Assembly (NCBI GenBank): GCA_019163135.1
Contig: JAFLKR010000041.1
Span: 6,741-70,740 of the forward strand
DNA length: 64,000 nt
Reading direction: 5' to 3'
From: Desulfobulbaceae bacterium
GTDB taxonomy: Bacteria; Desulfobacterota; Desulfobulbia; Desulfobulbales; Desulfobulbaceae
Position 1 is the stretch's first letter; each line of letters starts with the position of its first letter. The translations under genes and the position numbers were made by a program. Shown here piece by piece: positions 59,904 to 64,000 of this stretch. The notes beneath the pieces were generated by a model. That model saw only the letters and a program-made list of their open reading frames with translations. It made no database searches and was not told the DNA's origin.

Positions 59904-60803
59904 TCACTTAACCTGCCCCATGGCAATTTTGAGGTTGTCTATCCAAAGCGCGACCAGGGAATCAACCTCGGCCAGGCCTTTGAGAACGGGCACACTCTCA
60001 ATCCCCGCCTTGCTCAACTGACTTTTCCAGGAATCAGCCTCGTCGCCGGCCATATCGTTGAGGGCATGATCGCCGGCCACGGTCATGAACGGCACAAGGT
60101 AGGCCTTTTTTATGCCTTTTTTCACCAGCATCTCTTTGACTTCGTCAAAGGTCGGATGGCCCTCAACCGTACCGATATACATATTTGCATCCCGTTTCTG
60201 CAGCTTATACATCAGAGCAGAATAAATAGCGTCGCTGGGGTGATGGGTGCCGTGTCCCATGAGCACAACCGCTTCACCGGGCTTCCGCTCTTTCGGGACG
60301 ACATCGGCGACAATCGCCTGCAGCACTCTTTCCATGGACTCGTCGGTGGTCAGCATCGGGTACGAGACAACCACCTTGCCTATCCCCCCGGACATCTGCT
60401 CAAACAGCTTGGTATTGGCATAAATTTCGTGGAACTCGGCCCCCGTGATCATATGCAGGGACTGCACCACCACCTTGGTGTAGCCGTCATCCATCAACTT
60501 GGCCATAGCGGTTTCGGGAGAATCGATCTGAACTCCGTTTTTCGCCAGTTTTTTTCGTATTATCTTGGAGGTGTAGGCCCAGCGGATTTCGGTACCCGGG
60601 AAGGTTGCTCTCACCTGTTTTTCGATATTGACGAAAGCTACCTGGGCGCTGGGGACACTGGTGCCGAAAGTCACCAGCAGGATGGCAGGCCCCTTGACGT
60701 CTGTGGCCGGATGCCCCTGGTCGGGGCTGCCTGCCAGGCAGGAGAAAGGCAGCAGAAAAAAAAGCAGCAGGGTGAAAACCAGGCCTTTTACTTGACAATA
60801 CAT
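59904..60803 (-). CDS. cbiK: Exported sirohydrochlorin cobaltochelatase (periplasmic CbiK type)
   Basis: Signal peptide (FSCLA); LVTFGTS, QSLH...GAEF, MGHGT, PFMTVAGDHALNDMAG, SWKS. Confidence 0.92.
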   Translation of the reverse strand: MYCQVKGLVFTLLLFFLLPFSCLAGSPDQGHPATDVKGPAILLVTFGTSVPSAQVAFVNIEKQVRATFPGTEIRWAYTSKIIRKKLAKNGVQIDSPETAMAKLMDDGYTKVVVQSLHMITGAEFHEIYANTKLFEQMSGGIGKVVVSYPMLTTDESMERVLQAIVADVVPKERKPGEAVVLMGHGTHHPSDAIYSALMYKLQKRDANMYIGTVEGHPTFDEVKEMLVKKGIKKAYLVPFMTVAGDHALNDMAGDEADSWKSQLSKAGIESVPVLKGLAEVDSLVALWIDNLKIAMGQVK

Positions 60804-61217
60804 ATTGCATTTCCTCACTGATATCGAAGAGTTAAAGAAGTTAACCGGAGACGTTTCCCCGAATAGGCATTTTTGCAACCATTCCGATGCAACCGCAACG
60901 GCGCGAGAAGCACTATTGACTCCGCATTGCCCCCTCAGACCGCCTGCGAAACAGGCGCAGAAGCAACAAATCCATTACATTTGGTGAAAAACAGAACGGA
61001 AATTCCGCAGGACACAGGGTAGAGACCAGCGGGATACTGCCGGCAAACAGTATCGCCGCGCGGCCTACCGGACATGGCAAAAGAGGTAGGGGCTCCTGGT
61101 CTGACGGAAATTCCATAACAGTCGATCGGATTCGTTCTTCCAAGGCGAGTCAACCTTGCCAAGGGAGCAATGCTGAGCGGAGACCTCCTCTGCGCTTCGC
61201 TGTTCGATGCCGAGGAC

Positions 61218-61256
61218 AAAAAAAAATCCTCGGATCATATAAAATGATCCGAGGAT
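61218..61256 (-). terminator. Intrinsic terminator, expression platform of the cobalamin riboswitch
   Basis: Perfect 13-bp stem ATCCTCGGATCAT-N5-ATGATCCGAGGAT followed by a T-run on the minus strand. Confidence 0.85.
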
Positions 61257-61311
61257 GCCCTGGTGAATCCACGTATCTGCGCCGTCTCTCAGGTCCACGG
61301 AGAGCGACTGT

Positions 61312-61472
61312 TCGTTTCAGGCAGGTATTCTGACTCCCGGTTCATCCTCCCGCCGCGTCTTCCCAACCATCGGTCAGTGACTTTTTGCAGCGTTCGTCCC
61401 CGGTTACAGCGGCGGGCCCGTCTCCGATTTCCACGGAGTTCCCTTTTAATTCCATAAATGGAACCTGAAACC
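61312..61472 (-). ncRNA. Cobalamin (AdoCbl) riboswitch
   Basis: Minus strand AAAAGGGAACTCCGTGGAAATCGG...CCCGCCGCTGTAA...GTCACTG...GGGAAG...GTCAGAATACCTGCC (B12 box), upstream of cbiK. Confidence 0.93.
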
Positions 61473-61776
61473 TATGGACAAGGAACAGTATTAGACCGGG
61501 AAAGTCAAGCGCAATCTACAAAAGGCAGTTTGATCAACAACCAGGCGGATTACCGTGCGGCACCGTGAAAAGTGAGGAAGAATCCTTGCCGATATTTCCG
61601 GCAATCGTTATGGTTCAATAGTAAAAAAAGGTTTTTCCGTGTACTGTATATCTGGCGTAAGAAGGATTAACTGTGCCTTCAGTGGGACAAAAAATCCCGC
61701 CGATCAAGCTGTAACCCTAAACGCCGCAGCCCCCATCTCTTCTGCAAGCAACTTCACTGATCCACCGGTGCCCTGC

Positions 61777-63498
61777 ATGGACAAAAGAAAAAAAACAAAA
61801 TTCTCCCATGCTATTTCTATCAGGATTGCCTTGCCTGCCCTGCTCACCATCGTTTTGTTTGTCACCGCCACCTTTGTTATCATCCTCCCATCCCTCAAAG
61901 AAAACCTCCTGACCAAAAAACGGGAGATGCTCAGAGAGTTGAACACCATTGTCTGGACCATGGTCGCTTCCTATGAGACCATGGAACGCGCCGGCGAGAT
62001 GAGTCGAGAGCAGGCGCAGCAAGCAGCACTCAGGGTCATTCGAGACATCCGTTACGGCCCGACCGACAAAGATTATTTCTGGGTCAATGACATGAACGCC
62101 CTGATAGTCATGCACCCCTACCGGCCCGATCTTCATGGGGAGGCTGTCCCCGATTTCCGCTATCCTAAAGGAAAAAATCTGCTGGAAGAATTCGTTAAAG
62201 TTGTTAAGGCCCAGGGGGCGGGCTATGTGGATTATCGGTTTCAGTGGCAGGATGATCCCGAGAAAATCGTACCCAAAATATCCTATGTAAGAGGATTTCA
62301 ACCGTGGGGCTGGATCATCGGCACCGGTCTCTATATCGAGGACGTCAATGTTGAAATCGGCCTGATTGCCAAACAACTCAACGCCATTGCCACCGTTATC
62401 CTGCTTCTCGTTTCGTTCCTGGCGTTCTACATGATCCGCCACACCGTCCTGGCTGATCGTGTTCGCCGCATTATCTGGGAGGAACGGGAACGGTTACTGG
62501 TAGCATTGGAAGAAAGCAACGAGCGTTTCCGATCCCTGGTCGAGACCACCAGCGACTGGATCTGGGAGATCAGTCCCGAGGGCCTTTTCACCTATAGCAG
62601 CCCCAAGGTGCGCGACCTGTTGGGCTTCGAATCCGAGGAGATCATCGGCAGGCACCTGATTGACCTGACCGCGCCCGATGAATCAAAGCGTACCCGCCCC
62701 ATTTTCCAGCAACTCATCGGCTCCAAAAAGCCGTTTCGAGAGTTTGAAAACATCTGTCAGGCCCGAGATGGCCGGATGGTAGTTATTGAAAACAACGGGG
62801 TGCCGGTGTTCGACGACAATGGCGAACTGGTGGGGTACCGGGGAATTGCCCGGGATATTTCCGAACGCAAGACCGCAATGGAAGCCCTGAAAAAGAGCCG
62901 GGACGAAATCCACAACAGCCTGGAAGAGACGGTAAAATCACTGGCCTCGGCAGCGGAAAAACGCGATCCTTATACCGCCGGTCATCAGATGCGGGTCGAC
63001 AAACTGGCCTGTGCCATCGCTCGGGAACTCGGCTTGCCGGAAAACCAGATCGAAGGGCTCCACTTCGCCGCTGTACTCCATGACATCGGCAAGATCGCCC
63101 TGCCCTCGGAATACCTGGCCAAACCGGCCCGGCTTTCCGTCCAGGAGCGGGCGATCATCAAATGCCACACCGAGGTGGGCTACGAAATCCTTAAAAACAT
63201 CCACTTCCCCTGGCCGGTGGCCGACATTGTCTACCAGCACCACGAACATCTTGATGGTTCCGGGTATCCTCGCGGCCTGACCGATAAAGATATTTTGCTC
63301 GAAGCCAAAATTCTCACCGTGGCTGATGTGGTCGAGGCTATGAGCTCGCACCGCCCCTACCGCCCCTCCCTTGGCCTGGAAACAGCCTTGGACGAAATCC
63401 GCTCCGGCCGAGGGATTTTTTATCACGCCCCCAGCGTCGATGCCTGTTTGCACCTGATCGCCGAGAAGAAGGTGGACCTGACGACCAGCGCCTGGTGA
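61777..63498 (+). CDS. Cache + PAS + HD-GYP c-di-GMP phosphodiesterase
   Basis: Two TM helices flanking DYFWVND..MHPYRPDL (sCache_2); SDWIWEI PAS; YTAGHQ, HDIGK, HHEHLDGSGYPRGL. Confidence 0.92.
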   Translation: MDKRKKTKFSHAISIRIALPALLTIVLFVTATFVIILPSLKENLLTKKREMLRELNTIVWTMVASYETMERAGEMSREQAQQAALRVIRDIRYGPTDKDYFWVNDMNALIVMHPYRPDLHGEAVPDFRYPKGKNLLEEFVKVVKAQGAGYVDYRFQWQDDPEKIVPKISYVRGFQPWGWIIGTGLYIEDVNVEIGLIAKQLNAIATVILLLVSFLAFYMIRHTVLADRVRRIIWEERERLLVALEESNERFRSLVETTSDWIWEISPEGLFTYSSPKVRDLLGFESEEIIGRHLIDLTAPDESKRTRPIFQQLIGSKKPFREFENICQARDGRMVVIENNGVPVFDDNGELVGYRGIARDISERKTAMEALKKSRDEIHNSLEETVKSLASAAEKRDPYTAGHQMRVDKLACAIARELGLPENQIEGLHFAAVLHDIGKIALPSEYLAKPARLSVQERAIIKCHTEVGYEILKNIHFPWPVADIVYQHHEHLDGSGYPRGLTDKDILLEAKILTVADVVEAMSSHRPYRPSLGLETALDEIRSGRGIFYHAPSVDACLHLIAEKKVDLTTSAW

Positions 63499-63555
63499 AC
63501 GCCCCCAGACGAGGCCGCCACCTCAACCGGGTAGGAACATGCGGCAGTCTGGCCG

Positions 63556-64000
63556 TTATTTCCGTTTCGCCGCCGGGGAATATTCACAGCCCATCGGTCC
63601 GCAGTATTCGCCCACATACTGGGCTTGCGGCCGATAGAGCGCCGGTTTACCCTGGGCGTCGGCAAATTGTTCTTCAATGATATGGGCGCACCAACCCGCT
63701 ACCCTGGAGATGGCAAAAATCGGGGTCATCAAATCCGTGGGAATACCCATCAGGTAATAGACCGGGGCGCTGTTGAAATCGACATTGGGCAGAATGGTGG
63801 TTTTGCCCTGCCTGGCAAAAATTGCCAGGGCGGTTTCCTCAATCTTCTGCGATATTGCCGCCCACTTGCCCCCGGTCTGTTCACCAAGCCGCTGACCCAT
63901 TTTTTTCAAGTACACCGCCCGGGGATCGCCGGTTTTATAGATGGCGTGTCCCATCCCCATGATGACCTGCCCCTGCTGCAGTTGTTCAGTAACCCATGCC
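63556..64000 (-). CDS. Citrate (Si)-synthase / 2-methylcitrate synthase family, C-terminal part (gene starts beyond the window)
   Basis: MGMGHAIYK.GDPRA, PNVDF, FAISRVAGWCAH..EQ, YRP. Confidence 0.9.
   Translation of the reverse strand, partial: AWVTEQLQQGQVIMGMGHAIYKTGDPRAVYLKKMGQRLGEQTGGKWAAISQKIEETALAIFARQGKTTILPNVDFNSAPVYYLMGIPTDLMTPIFAISRVAGWCAHIIEEQFADAQGKPALYRPQAQYVGEYCGPMGCEYSPAAKRK

Noticed and set aside
1-64000. CRISPR array, cas genes, rRNA, tmRNA, SRP RNA or RNase P RNA
   Set aside because: No regularly spaced direct repeats or diagnostic motifs seen by eye.

Overview
64 kb of a sulfate-reducing bacterium's chromosome. Gene content (complete dsrMKJOP, ppaC, CbiK, YedF) suggests Desulfobacterota, probably Desulfobulbaceae-like; this is inferred from content, not from a database search. 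Most of the window is core genes: hslR-purH(N)-purN-pyrR, folE2, gabD, rarA, ppaC, dciA, tRNA-Arg(UCU), a TakP-type TRAP transporter, a stand-alone EF-G, hisA, yedF, prc, dsrMKJOP, pilD, pyrK-pyrD-aroD-aroE-aroA-acnB, a prkA-DUF444-spoVR-prkA operon, a B12-riboswitch-controlled cbiK, an HD-GYP phosphodiesterase and a partial citrate synthase. A decayed accessory islet (~15.0-22.2 kb) follows the tRNA. Best leads: (1) a cysteine synthase fused to a CysRS-like domain that keeps the Zn/cysteine site and anticodon-domain residues but has degenerate HIGH and KMSKS motifs; (2) an exported UshA-like selenoprotein split by the ORF track at an in-frame TGA (CGU motif, SECIS-like hairpin), with most metallophosphoesterase ligands substituted; (3) a two-AAA+/vWA/SpoVR operon in which one AAA+ appears to lack the Walker B glutamate; (4) a promoter-uORF-terminator leader upstream of fusA. 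No CRISPR array or rRNA was seen. Start codons were adjusted by eye where the ORF track over-extends.
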